Below, piece after piece: positions 10,700 to 20,394 of a stretch of 64,000 bases of DNA (the first letter of the stretch is position 1; every line of letters begins with the position of its first letter). The notes below the pieces were generated by a model. The model had not been told where the DNA came from and did not search any database. It worked only from the letters and a program-made list of their open reading frames with translations. A program made the translations under genes and the position numbers. Source of the DNA: an uncultured Clostridia bacterium (GTDB lineage Bacteria; Bacillota; Clostridia; TANB77; CAG-508); contig CALXZC010000001.1 of assembly GCA_944393135.1 (NCBI GenBank), positions 9,501 through 73,500 of the forward strand, written 5' to 3'.

Positions 10700-11140
10700 A
10701 TGTTAGTTTTTATAGGATGTGGAAAGAAGAAAAATTATTTAACGTGTGAGGCTAAAAATATGTATTTAGGAAATTATTTTTCAACTTGTTTACAGTATGC
10801 CAAAACATTAACAAGTGAAAACAATATTTATATATTATCAGCAAAATACGGTGTTTTACATCTTAACGATATTATTAGTCCTTATAATTTTACTTTAAAT
10901 GAAGCTACCAAAGAACAATACACAGAATGGAAAAATAAAGTTTTAAATCAATTTAAAGTTTTAAATATTACAGGTAAGGAAGAAGTTACTTTTTTATGTG
11001 GTAAAAATTATTATAAAGAATTATTATCTTATTTCGGTAATGTACATATACCTTTAAAGGAGTATAGTGGAATGGGATATCAAATTAGTTTTATGAAAAA
11101 ACAAATAATGAAAACTAAACGTTCATTATTTAACATATAA
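10700..11140 (+). CDS. hypothetical protein inside the deazaguanine cluster
   Basis: 146-aa ORF tightly packed between queC and the transporter gene. Confidence 0.5.
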   Translation: MLVFIGCGKKKNYLTCEAKNMYLGNYFSTCLQYAKTLTSENNIYILSAKYGVLHLNDIISPYNFTLNEATKEQYTEWKNKVLNQFKVLNITGKEEVTFLCGKNYYKELLSYFGNVHIPLKEYSGMGYQISFMKKQIMKTKRSLFNI

Positions 11141-11191
11141 AAGTTGTATGCAAATCCGACCAACTATAAAAATACTAGGAGGAAGTTAATA

Positions 11192-11863
11192 ATGTTAGAA
11201 AAATTAAGAAAAATAAAATTATCTAATTGGTTAGTAATAATCACAGCTTGTTATGTAGCAGGTTCTGTATTACAAAATATACTAGCTGTAAAAACATTTG
11301 GAACAAGTGTACTAGCTATTACAACTGGTGGAACTTTAATATCTTGGTTAGTTTTTGCTTGTATGGATGTTATAACAGAAGTATTTGGTCGTAAAAAAGC
11401 TATAAAAACATTTACAGGTAGTGCTATTTTTAATATATTATTTAATGTAATATGTTGGATTGCAATAATTATACCTGGAACAAGTACTTTTATAAATGAT
11501 GCTTATACAATAGTATTAGGAACAGGATGGAGAATAGCGATAGCATCTATAATAGCCTTTTTATTAGGAAATTTTGTTAATACTCAAATAATGTACATTA
11601 TGAAAGTACACAGTAAAGATTCTAGAAATTCTAAAGGATTTATGGCAAGAGCTATCCTTTCTACAGTATTAGGACAACTTGTTGATAATGGATTATTTTA
11701 TTTAGTTGCATTTGCTCCTTTAGGAATTGCTGGAACAGTAGAAAATTCTTGGCAAATGATTGGTACATTAGTATTATGTACTACATTAATCGAAACATTA
11801 GTGGAATCTGTTGTTTCTCCTTTAACAGCTAAATTTGTTAAACATTTAAAAAATATACAATAA
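11192..11863 (+). CDS. yhhQ: queuosine-precursor transporter, YhhQ/VUT (DUF165) family
   Basis: Multi-pass membrane protein with MDVITEVFG and QLVDNGLFY motifs; ATG 11192 follows TAGGAGG. Confidence 0.65.
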   Translation: MLEKLRKIKLSNWLVIITACYVAGSVLQNILAVKTFGTSVLAITTGGTLISWLVFACMDVITEVFGRKKAIKTFTGSAIFNILFNVICWIAIIIPGTSTFINDAYTIVLGTGWRIAIASIIAFLLGNFVNTQIMYIMKVHSKDSRNSKGFMARAILSTVLGQLVDNGLFYLVAFAPLGIAGTVENSWQMIGTLVLCTTLIETLVESVVSPLTAKFVKHLKNIQ

Positions 11864-11870
11864 TATTATA

Positions 11871-11910
11871 ATGTTAGAGTTTAAGTGATTAATATTTTAA
11901 ACTCTAACAT
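11871..11910 (+). terminator. hairpin after transporter gene
   Basis: 14-bp stem ATGTTAGAGTTTAA / TTAAACTCTAACAT. Confidence 0.45.
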
Positions 11911-11939
11911 ATGTTTAATATTTAGGAAAGGATATTTTT

Positions 11940-12464
11940 ATGGATAAAAATTTAAGGGATGAAAAAGATATAACAGTTGTTAAAGAGTATGTAACTTGGA
12001 CCGATGTTGATGTTTTTATAAACAGTTTAGATACTTTTATACAACAAAATACGTTTAACGGTGTGTACGGTCCAGCAAGAGGTGGATTATTATTTGCTGT
12101 AATGATATCACATAAGTATAATTTACCATTTTTAGGAGCACCGCAGAAAGGTTGTTTAGTTGTAGATGATATTATAGATACAGGTAAAACAGCTGAAGCT
12201 TGGAAGGATAAAGGTTACACTATAGCAAGTATGTATTATAAAAAGAATAATTTAGTGGAACCCGATTTTTGGGTAAAAGAAAAAACAGATAAATGGATAG
12301 TATTTCCTTGGGAAGAAGTAAGAACAACAAAGGATATAAATGAAGCTGAAAATTTTTTATTAAGTACAATAGAAGAAGCCTATCCGATACAAAGTAGTTC
12401 TTCTTTTTTAGAGGATTACAATAAAGCTATAACAGCTTTAGAAGTAGTAAAAGGAGGACAATAG
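11940..12464 (+). CDS. purine phosphoribosyltransferase-like protein
   Basis: PRPP-binding motif CLVVDDIIDTGKT preceded by GPARGG. Confidence 0.7.
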   Translation: MDKNLRDEKDITVVKEYVTWTDVDVFINSLDTFIQQNTFNGVYGPARGGLLFAVMISHKYNLPFLGAPQKGCLVVDDIIDTGKTAEAWKDKGYTIASMYYKKNNLVEPDFWVKEKTDKWIVFPWEEVRTTKDINEAENFLLSTIEEAYPIQSSSSFLEDYNKAITALEVVKGGQ

Positions 12465-12466
12465 AA

Positions 12467-12943
12467 ATGAATAAATATATGCAAATGGCAAATGAATTAA
12501 GTAAACAAAATTTATTAACAAATGCTGGAGGACCCTTTGGTGCTGTTGTAATAAAAAATAATACAGTTGTAGGTGTAGGAAATAATCAAGTATTAAAAAA
12601 TAATGACCCAACAGCACACGCAGAAGTAATGGCTATTAGAAACGCTTGTAAGAATTTAAATACTTATGATTTAACAGGTTGTGAATTATATACAAGTTGT
12701 TATCCTTGTCCTATGTGTTTATCCACAATTATATGGGCTAATATTAAAACAGTATATTACGGTAATACAAAAGAAGATGCTGCCGATATAGGATTTAGAG
12801 ATGATATGATATATAAATTTATACAAAATATAGATGATGAAAATTGTACAAGTAGCATATTAAAAACTATTCCTATGGATAGAGAGGAAACTATACAAGT
12901 ATTTAATAAATTTAAAAATAAAGAAGATAAAACAATATACTAA
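12467..12943 (+). CDS. guaD: guanine deaminase-like (CDA-fold, GuaD type)
   Basis: GGPFGAVV...DPTAHAEVMAIR...SCYPCPMCLSTIIWA closely matches the Bacillus GuaD pattern as I recall it. Confidence 0.8.
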   Translation: MNKYMQMANELSKQNLLTNAGGPFGAVVIKNNTVVGVGNNQVLKNNDPTAHAEVMAIRNACKNLNTYDLTGCELYTSCYPCPMCLSTIIWANIKTVYYGNTKEDAADIGFRDDMIYKFIQNIDDENCTSSILKTIPMDREETIQVFNKFKNKEDKTIY

Positions 12944-12947
12944 GGTT

Positions 12948-13664
12948 GTGATACAAATGAGTTATAAAAATTTACAACATTATAGACATACAGTTCATAG
13001 ATATTTAGATGCTATATGGTTAGTAGGTTCTAGTAAAAAGAAAGCTAGGAGTACAATGTATAAATGGTTAAGTACTAAAATGAACTTAGATATAGAAGAC
13101 ACACACGTATCTAAATTTAATCGAGAACAATGTAAACAAGCTATAAAAATATTAAGACCTATGTATATACAGTTATATGGACAAGACCTTACATATAAAA
13201 AGAAAAGAAAGGAAGAAATAAATATGAATTTACAAACAACTTGTACACAAACTTTTGAAACAGCACATATATTACCGAAAGCTAATACTAAATATGATGG
13301 TTTATATAGTAGAACATATAAATTAAAAGTTACAGTAGAAGGACCTCAAATACAACCAATAGGAATGATAATTCCACAAGAGGAATTAAAAGAAATATTA
13401 AGTAAAGCGGTTCCTGACAGGCAATTTATTTTTAATATAAATAATCCTGTATGTAAAGAAATTGCTTATATATTACAAAGGTATGATATACCATATATAG
13501 AATTAGATAAAGAAGTAGTAGCAGAAAATTTAATACAATATTTAAAAGATAAAATAGAATATTATTTATATGAAGTATACCAATATTCTAAAGATATAAA
13601 AATAGTTGAAATGGAATTATCTTCAATTAAGGATGAATATTCTACAAAATTAATATTAAAATAG
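12948..13664 (+). CDS. hypothetical protein; C-terminal half PTPS/QueD-like but lacks the HGH motif
   Basis: FETAHILPKANTKYDGLYSRTYKLKVTVEGP resembles the QueD N-terminal strand pattern; start uncertain (GTG 12948 or ATG 12957). Confidence 0.45.
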   Translation: MIQMSYKNLQHYRHTVHRYLDAIWLVGSSKKKARSTMYKWLSTKMNLDIEDTHVSKFNREQCKQAIKILRPMYIQLYGQDLTYKKKRKEEINMNLQTTCTQTFETAHILPKANTKYDGLYSRTYKLKVTVEGPQIQPIGMIIPQEELKEILSKAVPDRQFIFNINNPVCKEIAYILQRYDIPYIELDKEVVAENLIQYLKDKIEYYLYEVYQYSKDIKIVEMELSSIKDEYSTKLILK

Positions 13665-13676
13665 GAGGATAATATT

Positions 13677-14025
13677 ATGTATTATGTATCAAAGAGAATG
13701 GAAATTGCTGGAGCACATAATTTAACTTTAAATTATGAAAGTAAATGTCAAAATTTACATCGGACATAATTGGATAGTAACTGTATATTGTAAGTCAAAA
13801 ACATTAAACGAAAATGGTATGGTTGAAGATTTTACTAATACTAAAAAGATGATACACGATAAATTAGACCATCAATATATAAATAAAGTTCCAGAATTAC
13901 AAGGAATAAATCCAACAGCAGAAAATATAGCAAAATGGATATGTGAACAAATAGTAACTTGTTATAAAGTTACAGTACAAGAATCTGAAGGAAATATAGC
14001 AACTTATGAGGAGGACGAAGATTAA
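13677..14025 (+). CDS. queD: 6-carboxytetrahydropterin synthase, read through a +1 shift at CGG 13761
   Basis: MYYVSKRMEIAGAHNLTLNYESKCQNLH then cgg; skipping the C gives GHNWIVTVYCKS..., restoring the C..LHGH Zn motif; RBS TAGGAGG. Confidence 0.8.
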
Positions 14026-14754
14026 ATGAAAGTTGTTGAAATTTTTAATAGTATAGATGGAGAAGGAAAAAGGGCTGGAGAATTAACAACATTTATTAGG
14101 TTATTTGGATGTAATTTACGTTGTGTATATTGTGATACACCTTATGGTTATGACATAGAACAAAGCGATTATAGAGAAATGTCTATAACAGAAATATTAA
14201 AGGAATGTAAAAAATATGCAACACATAATATTACTTTAACAGGAGGAGAACCTTTAATTCACGAAGATGTTCAATATTTATTAAGAGCTTTATCCGAGAA
14301 CAATTATAATGTAAATGTTGAAACAAATGGGTCTGTGTCTATAAAGAAATATTTTAATTTTGACGGTACTCCTAAGGATGAATATAAAAATGTTTGGTTT
14401 ACAGTTGATTACAAATGTCCATATTCACAGATGTCACAAAATATGGATATGGATAATTTTGATGTTAATAAATATAATTATGAAAATATAGTTTATAAAT
14501 TTGTAGTAGCTAATTTACAAGATTTAGAAATGGCAAAAGAAATAATAACAAAATATATTTTTCAAAAAAATGAACATATAAATAAAAATTATAATAATAT
14601 AGTATATTTAAGTCCTGTGTTTGGAGAAATAGAACCTAAAACAATAGTAGAATATTTACAAAATACACCTGAGTTAATAAATTCATTTACACCTGTTAGA
14701 GTACAATTACAATTACATAAATTTATTTGGCCTGTAGAACAAAGAGGAGTATAA
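14026..14754 (+). CDS. queE: 7-carboxy-7-deazaguanine synthase (radical SAM)
   Basis: IDGEG...FIRLFGCNLRCVYCDTPY cluster motif, LTGGEP. Confidence 0.9.
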   Translation: MKVVEIFNSIDGEGKRAGELTTFIRLFGCNLRCVYCDTPYGYDIEQSDYREMSITEILKECKKYATHNITLTGGEPLIHEDVQYLLRALSENNYNVNVETNGSVSIKKYFNFDGTPKDEYKNVWFTVDYKCPYSQMSQNMDMDNFDVNKYNYENIVYKFVVANLQDLEMAKEIITKYIFQKNEHINKNYNNIVYLSPVFGEIEPKTIVEYLQNTPELINSFTPVRVQLQLHKFIWPVEQRGV

Positions 14755-14771
14755 GGAAGGTGTTATTAAAT

Positions 14772-15503
14772 ATGAGTTTAATTGAAAAAATGTGTAATAA
14801 ATTAGGTTATTATAGACCGGCATCAGGTAAGTATTATTTATCTAAAGAAAATAATATAAATGTAGTTGTAGATGAAAAACAATTTAAAGAAGTACATAAA
14901 TTTGATTATAATGGAGTAAAACAAGCTACAACTATGTTATTAACAGCTATGGGGCAGGATATATCTAGACCTGGGTTAGTAGAAACTCCAAGAAGAGTTG
15001 CTGGGTACTGGAAAGAATTGTTAGAAGGAGAAAATTATACTAATCAAGAAATAGCCGATATGTTTAGAAAAGATTTTCAAGTTAGTTTTGACCCAATAGT
15101 ATTTAAAGAATGTAAAAATGTATTTTCACATTGTGAACATCATTTAGCTTTAATGTTTAATGGAACAGTATATGTAGCATATATTCCAACTTATTGGAAT
15201 GGTAAAGATAACAGTGATGGATATAGAGTTATTGGATTAAGTAAAATACCTCGAATAGTAGATATGTGTTCTAAGAGATTACAATTACAAGAAAAGTTAG
15301 TTGCCGATATAGCAGAGTGTATAGAATTAGCAACAGGTTCAACACAAGTGTATGTAGAGGCAATATTAGACCACGGTTGTGTATCTGCAAGAGGTGCTAA
15401 GTCAAGTGGTATTACAGAAACAACATATATGTCTCCAGCATTAAGAAATAATAAAGAAGCTAGACGTGAAATACAAAATAAAGTAATTATAACAAAAAGT
15501 TAA
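14772..15503 (+). CDS. folE: GTP cyclohydrolase I
   Basis: GLVETPRRVAGYW, CEHHLA, SKIPRIVD...RLQLQEKL motifs. Confidence 0.9.
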   Translation: MSLIEKMCNKLGYYRPASGKYYLSKENNINVVVDEKQFKEVHKFDYNGVKQATTMLLTAMGQDISRPGLVETPRRVAGYWKELLEGENYTNQEIADMFRKDFQVSFDPIVFKECKNVFSHCEHHLALMFNGTVYVAYIPTYWNGKDNSDGYRVIGLSKIPRIVDMCSKRLQLQEKLVADIAECIELATGSTQVYVEAILDHGCVSARGAKSSGITETTYMSPALRNNKEARREIQNKVIITKS

Positions 15504-15561
15504 TAACAGTAGTAATACTGATATTATAAATAAATATATTTTTAAAGGAGTGTAAAAGTTT

Positions 15562-17082
15562 ATGGAATCTAATATGCAAAGCACAACAACAAATTTAAGT
15601 CAAAATGTACAAAATAATGTACAACAACCACAACAACCTGTTACAAATACATCTGGATATGTACAACCAGTGGTGAATAATGTACCACAACAACCTGTAT
15701 TTAATAATACAACTACAACAATGAATAATGTACCACAACAACCACAACAACCACAGCAACCAGTGTTTACACAAACAGTTGCTGGGGAACCACAAACTAT
15801 ACAAATAAATACACAACCAGTTCAACAAGTAGTACAACCTGTATCTCAAGTTACAAATATATCACAACAACCTGTAGAAGAAACTATTTCAACAAATACA
15901 GATATGGTACAAGTTGCTACTCAAGAGGAAGAACCTCCAGTTGTAAAACATCAAATTACAGATAAAGTAATTATGGATGTTACAAAATTACAGTATATTG
16001 CAACTCAAATAAAACAAGTGGCAAAGGATGAAGGGCTTACACCTATTTCTCAAATATGTTACATAGTTGCTAATAAAGATGGATTTAGAGTATATGCTAG
16101 TAATAAAGACCAAGTTATCGATGTAATAGATGACACATATAGTTATACAACAGAGTTTAACATATCTGTTAGTGCTAAAAAATTTATTAATTTAGTTTTA
16201 AATTTAGACCCAGGTCAAGTAGAATTTATATTTGATGAAACACAAAAAGTTTTAACTATAAAAACAGAAACAGGAAGATTCCAATTTGCTGAACAAGCTG
16301 ATATGAGTACAGGATTAGCTTTAACAATAAATCATACAATTCCAGTAGATTATAATACAATGGAACCTATAGATTTTAATAGTTTATTAGAAAGTATTGA
16401 TAAATCTAAATCAATAAGAACTTATGCTAAAGGATTATCAAGTTCTCCAGAAAGTAGAGTAGACGGTGTTTACTGTGAGGATGGTATCCTATTTAGTACA
16501 GATAGTAACTTTGTTTTAATGCAACCAGCAACACAAGGTTTAACAAATAAGAATTTTGCTATGAGTTCTGAATTAGTAGATATTATTACAGCTTTAGCAT
16601 TTGACAACAATAATGTAAAATTCGGTTTAGTAGAAAATCAAGGTATTGTATTAACTGATGGAAAGATAACTTTAAGTAGTATATTTGGTCAACCTCTAGA
16701 CGAAAATGTTAAACAAGTTTGTTTAAGTTTCTATAATGTAGATTATAATATAAAAATGATAATCGATACTAAAAAATGTTTAGGTATTCTAAAAAGGGTA
16801 ACACCATTTATTGAAGTAGGTACAGATGATGATAATGTATTATATAAAATAAACGGTAACCTATTACAAGTTGAATCATTACAAGGTTCAGGTTTGGATA
16901 CAGTAAATATAGAAAATACACAAAATTACAATACAAACTTTAAATTACCTGTTCAACGTACACAAAAGTTATTAAGTACCTTAACAGATAGTACATTTGT
17001 TTTAACTATTAATCCAGAACAACAACAAACGGTATGTTTTAATTTTGAGAATTTTAAATGTGTAGCTTCATTATCTGAATAA
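15562..17082 (+). CDS. putative sliding clamp (DnaN-like) with Q/P/V-rich N-terminal extension
   Basis: About 100 aa of NNVPQQP-type low complexity. The following ~370 aa have a beta-clamp-like alternating pattern (ISQICYIVANKDGFRVYASN..., LTIKTETGRFQF). Replication-gene neighbourhood. Confidence 0.4.
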   Translation: MESNMQSTTTNLSQNVQNNVQQPQQPVTNTSGYVQPVVNNVPQQPVFNNTTTTMNNVPQQPQQPQQPVFTQTVAGEPQTIQINTQPVQQVVQPVSQVTNISQQPVEETISTNTDMVQVATQEEEPPVVKHQITDKVIMDVTKLQYIATQIKQVAKDEGLTPISQICYIVANKDGFRVYASNKDQVIDVIDDTYSYTTEFNISVSAKKFINLVLNLDPGQVEFIFDETQKVLTIKTETGRFQFAEQADMSTGLALTINHTIPVDYNTMEPIDFNSLLESIDKSKSIRTYAKGLSSSPESRVDGVYCEDGILFSTDSNFVLMQPATQGLTNKNFAMSSELVDIITALAFDNNNVKFGLVENQGIVLTDGKITLSSIFGQPLDENVKQVCLSFYNVDYNIKMIIDTKKCLGILKRVTPFIEVGTDDDNVLYKINGNLLQVESLQGSGLDTVNIENTQNYNTNFKLPVQRTQKLLSTLTDSTFVLTINPEQQQTVCFNFENFKCVASLSE

Positions 17083-17092
17083 AATATTAAGG

Positions 17093-17458
17093 GTGATAAT
17101 ATTGGGAAGAATAAATAGCAAACAAAAAGGTAAAAACGGTGAGTTAGAGTTTGCTCACGAATGTGAAAAATATGGATTTACAGATGTACATAGAACAGCT
17201 CAAACAAACGGTAAATTAGAACAATCTTTAGCTGATTGTGAAGGTTTACCTGGAATTCACATAGAAGTAAAACGTGTGGAACAATTAAACATCGATAAAG
17301 CTATGGAACAAAGCATTAGAGACTTAAAAACTAAAAAGGAAAAAAGGATACCTGTTGTGTTTCATAGAAAAAATAGAAAACCTTGGAAAGCTACAATGTT
17401 ATTTGAAGATTGGATAGAGCTATATAAATGTTGGTTAGAATATCATAAAGATAAATAA
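17093..17458 (+). CDS. small PD-(D/E)XK-type nuclease (possible junction resolvase)
   Basis: KGKNGELEF...DCEG...IHIEVKRVE pattern. Confidence 0.4.
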   Translation: MIILGRINSKQKGKNGELEFAHECEKYGFTDVHRTAQTNGKLEQSLADCEGLPGIHIEVKRVEQLNIDKAMEQSIRDLKTKKEKRIPVVFHRKNRKPWKATMLFEDWIELYKCWLEYHKDK

Positions 17459-17482
17459 TAAATTAATTAGGAGTTGTAAAGT

Positions 17483-17977
17483 ATGGAAGATAAATTAGGA
17501 AACACAATGAATCAGGATGCTACAAAGGATATGGAAAAAGTAATAAGGTCTATAGTAGAATCCAAAACAAAGGACATATCAATTATAATACATAAAATTC
17601 AAATGTTATTAAAAGATAATACACAAGAATTAACAGATGCCGAAATTGATGATATACTTTTACAACTTCCTATTGTTTTATATGATTCAATGGAAGAACA
17701 AGAAATTGTAGGTATGCAGAGTGATATGGCAAACCAAGTTTATAAACAAGCACAATCAGAGGCTTATAAAATGGCAAGAGGAACTATTAGTGATAAAAAT
17801 GCTGCTGCCGATATACAAACTCGTCAAGAACAATTAGAAAAAATATTGTTCGATAGAAGTTATAAAATTATTAAACAAAAATTTGAAATGGCATTAGAAA
17901 CTTTAAATGCTGTTAAAAAAGTACAGTCAAGTAGGCAGCAAAGATATGACTTAAGTAAATTTAGTAATAGATTTTAA
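17483..17977 (+). CDS. hypothetical protein
   Basis: 164-aa ORF with RBS TAGGAG. Confidence 0.5.
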   Translation: MEDKLGNTMNQDATKDMEKVIRSIVESKTKDISIIIHKIQMLLKDNTQELTDAEIDDILLQLPIVLYDSMEEQEIVGMQSDMANQVYKQAQSEAYKMARGTISDKNAAADIQTRQEQLEKILFDRSYKIIKQKFEMALETLNAVKKVQSSRQQRYDLSKFSNRF

Positions 17978-18006
17978 TTACGATAAAGCTGAGGTAGAAA
18001 AAAAAA

Positions 18007-18378
18007 ATGATAAAAAATTCTAATGGTAATATAATTATCAATATATTAATTGTGTTAGTTGTTTTAGTAATTATAGGTTTCGTATTTTATTGTTATACAA
18101 TAGAGTACCAAAATAAAGAAGTAATAGAAATAACTGTAAAAGATAAATATGTAAAAAGAAATGGTGAATCAGATTTATATTTAGTAGCAACAGAAGAAGG
18201 AGAAACGTATAAGATTGAGGATTTATTCTTTAAAGGAAAATTTAATAGCACAGATTTATATAACGAATTAGATATAGGTAAAAAATATAAAGTAGAAGTA
18301 ACAGGAATTAGAATACCTTTCCTTAGTATGTATAAGAATATAAATACTGTAGAACTTATCGAAGAGGAGGAAAATTAG
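18007..18378 (+). CDS. membrane-anchored DUF1523-like protein
   Basis: N-terminal TM helix; YLVATEEGETYKIEDLFFKGKFNSTDLYNEL...GIRIPFLSMYKNI resembles DUF1523 as I recall it. Confidence 0.45.
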   Translation: MIKNSNGNIIINILIVLVVLVIIGFVFYCYTIEYQNKEVIEITVKDKYVKRNGESDLYLVATEEGETYKIEDLFFKGKFNSTDLYNELDIGKKYKVEVTGIRIPFLSMYKNINTVELIEEEEN

Positions 18379-19509
18379 ATGTCTAAACTAGATGTTTTAA
18401 TGAAGGATATTGTTAAAAAATACGGAGCAAATACAGCAGGTTATGGAATAGTACAAGAAGAATACGATAAAATACCTTTTACTTCTCCGCGTTTAAATTA
18501 TATGTCTTTTGGAGGATTGGCAACTGGAAGAATATATGAATTTAGCGGTCCAGAAGGTTCTGGGAAAACAACAACAGCTATGGACATAATGAAAAATGCT
18601 CAAATTAAATTTCAAAAAGAATACGAAGAACACCAAAAAAATGGAGATACAGATTTTCAAGAGAAGAAAGTATTTTTTGTAGATGAGGAAGGTACATTTG
18701 ATAGAGTATGGGCTAAAAAGTTTGGTGTGGATGTGGAAAAAGTAGCATTTTTTAGACCACAAGGAGAAAGTGCAGAAGAAGTTTTAGATGTATTAAGAAA
18801 TGCTATTGAAACAGGTGAAGTAGGTTTAGCAGTTTTGGATTCTGTTGCAACATTAGTATCAGGACAAGTATATGAAGAATCTTTTGATAAAAAAGCCTAC
18901 GGTGGAATAGCACAAACATTAACTAGATTTGTAAACGTTATAAAAGGAACATTATTAAAATATAATTGTACTTTAATAATGATAAACCAAGTAAGAGAAA
19001 ATCTTAATAGTATGTTTGGAGGAACAATAACTCCAGGTGGAAAAGCCTTTAAACACGCTTGTTCTGCCAGATTTGAGTTTAGAAAAGGAAAATTTGTTGA
19101 TAAGGATGGAAAAGAATTAACAAATAATGCTGAGAATCCAGCTGGTAATCTAATACATATGGTAGTAGTAAAAACAAAAATATTTGAACCTACAAGAAGA
19201 GTTGGATATTATACAGTTAATTATTTACACGGACCGGAAATTATAAGTGACTACATAGACTTAGGAATACAATTAGGAGTAATTAACCAAAGAGGTGCTT
19301 ATTTTGATATTATAGACCCATCAACAGGTGAAATATTAAACCAGGATAAAATACAGGGGAAAGTAAAATTAAAGGAATCATTAGAAGCAAATCCACAATG
19401 GAGACATATTATAGATAATGTTATGGAAGGTAAAGATGTACAAGAAGTTATAGACGAAGAAGTATTAGCACAAGCTAATAAAACTATAAACGAAAATAAG
19501 GATGAATAA
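18379..19509 (+). CDS. recA: RecA/UvsX-like recombinase
   Basis: Walker A FSGPEGSGKTTTAM, Walker B LAVLDSVATL, MINQVRE loop region. Confidence 0.85.
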   Translation: MSKLDVLMKDIVKKYGANTAGYGIVQEEYDKIPFTSPRLNYMSFGGLATGRIYEFSGPEGSGKTTTAMDIMKNAQIKFQKEYEEHQKNGDTDFQEKKVFFVDEEGTFDRVWAKKFGVDVEKVAFFRPQGESAEEVLDVLRNAIETGEVGLAVLDSVATLVSGQVYEESFDKKAYGGIAQTLTRFVNVIKGTLLKYNCTLIMINQVRENLNSMFGGTITPGGKAFKHACSARFEFRKGKFVDKDGKELTNNAENPAGNLIHMVVVKTKIFEPTRRVGYYTVNYLHGPEIISDYIDLGIQLGVINQRGAYFDIIDPSTGEILNQDKIQGKVKLKESLEANPQWRHIIDNVMEGKDVQEVIDEEVLAQANKTINENKDE

Positions 19510-19511
19510 TT

Positions 19512-19910
19512 ATGTATATAAAGTATGAATTATTTAGAAGTAAAAACAATGAAATATTTAATTCTGGTATGGTAGAAATAGTATTAAGTAACGATAAAGA
19601 TTTAATAGCTTTAGATGATATAATATCTGGAGTTATGAAATACCATATACAACAATTACCGGAGATTAAAAAATATGGAACAGGTTATGTTGGTAGATGT
19701 AAATTAGTTAGTATTGTTATAAATGATAACGATTATGTCAGTGACCTTAATGAAGAAGCATTTAAAGGGTATGTGGCAAACATAAATCAAAATATAACAG
19801 TTGAATGGAATAGAACAACAAATAACATCACAAAGGAAGAAAAACCTGTTAAAATTGAACCTCAGAAGAAAAAGAGAGGTAGAAAGAAGAAGGTAGATAG
19901 TAATGGGTAG
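19512..19910 (+). CDS. hypothetical protein with basic C-terminal tail
   Basis: 132-aa ORF; tail KKKRGRKKKV. Confidence 0.5.
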   Translation: MYIKYELFRSKNNEIFNSGMVEIVLSNDKDLIALDDIISGVMKYHIQQLPEIKKYGTGYVGRCKLVSIVINDNDYVSDLNEEAFKGYVANINQNITVEWNRTTNNITKEEKPVKIEPQKKKRGRKKKVDSNG

Positions 19911-20014
19911 ATGTACTTTATGTGGTATCTACCCATTTTGTAAATATATAGATGAGAATAGGGTAGGTATAGACAATAATTGTGAAAAATTTATAAAAAG
20001 GAGTTTGGAAAGCA

Positions 20015-20350
20015 ATGTACAAATCTACGAGGGACGCAAGTTCAAAACAAGAGAAAGCAATAGCAAAAAGTCTTAATGCAAGAAGAACTTCTAATAGTGG
20101 TGCTACAAAATTTGATAAAGGTGATTTATATGTAGGACAGGAATGGCTTATAGAAGCTAAAACTTGTATGCAACCTAAAAAATCTTTTTCAATAAAACAA
20201 GAATGGCTACAAAAAATGAAAGAAGAACAATTTGCTACAAATAAAATGTATAGTGCTTTATGTTTTGATTTTGGAGACGAAGGACAAAGATATTATATAA
20301 TTAATGAAAATACTTTTAAACAATTAATTGAATTATTAGATAAACAATAA
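20015..20350 (+). CDS. small PD-(D/E)XK-type nuclease (RecU/resolvase-like)
   Basis: SNSGATKFDKGDL...WLIEAKTC pattern; RBS AAGGAG. Confidence 0.4.
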   Translation: MYKSTRDASSKQEKAIAKSLNARRTSNSGATKFDKGDLYVGQEWLIEAKTCMQPKKSFSIKQEWLQKMKEEQFATNKMYSALCFDFGDEGQRYYIINENTFKQLIELLDKQ

Positions 20351-20394
20351 GGTGTTTAAATATATAGTAATATTTTATAGGAGGTGTAAGATAT

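Noticed and set aside
19903-20070. Small Cys-rich ORF (MGRCTLCGIYPFCKY...) overlapping the 19512 stop and the 20015 gene
   Set aside because: It would overlap the next well-supported gene out of frame by about 55 nt and has no RBS. Evidence is insufficient to call it.
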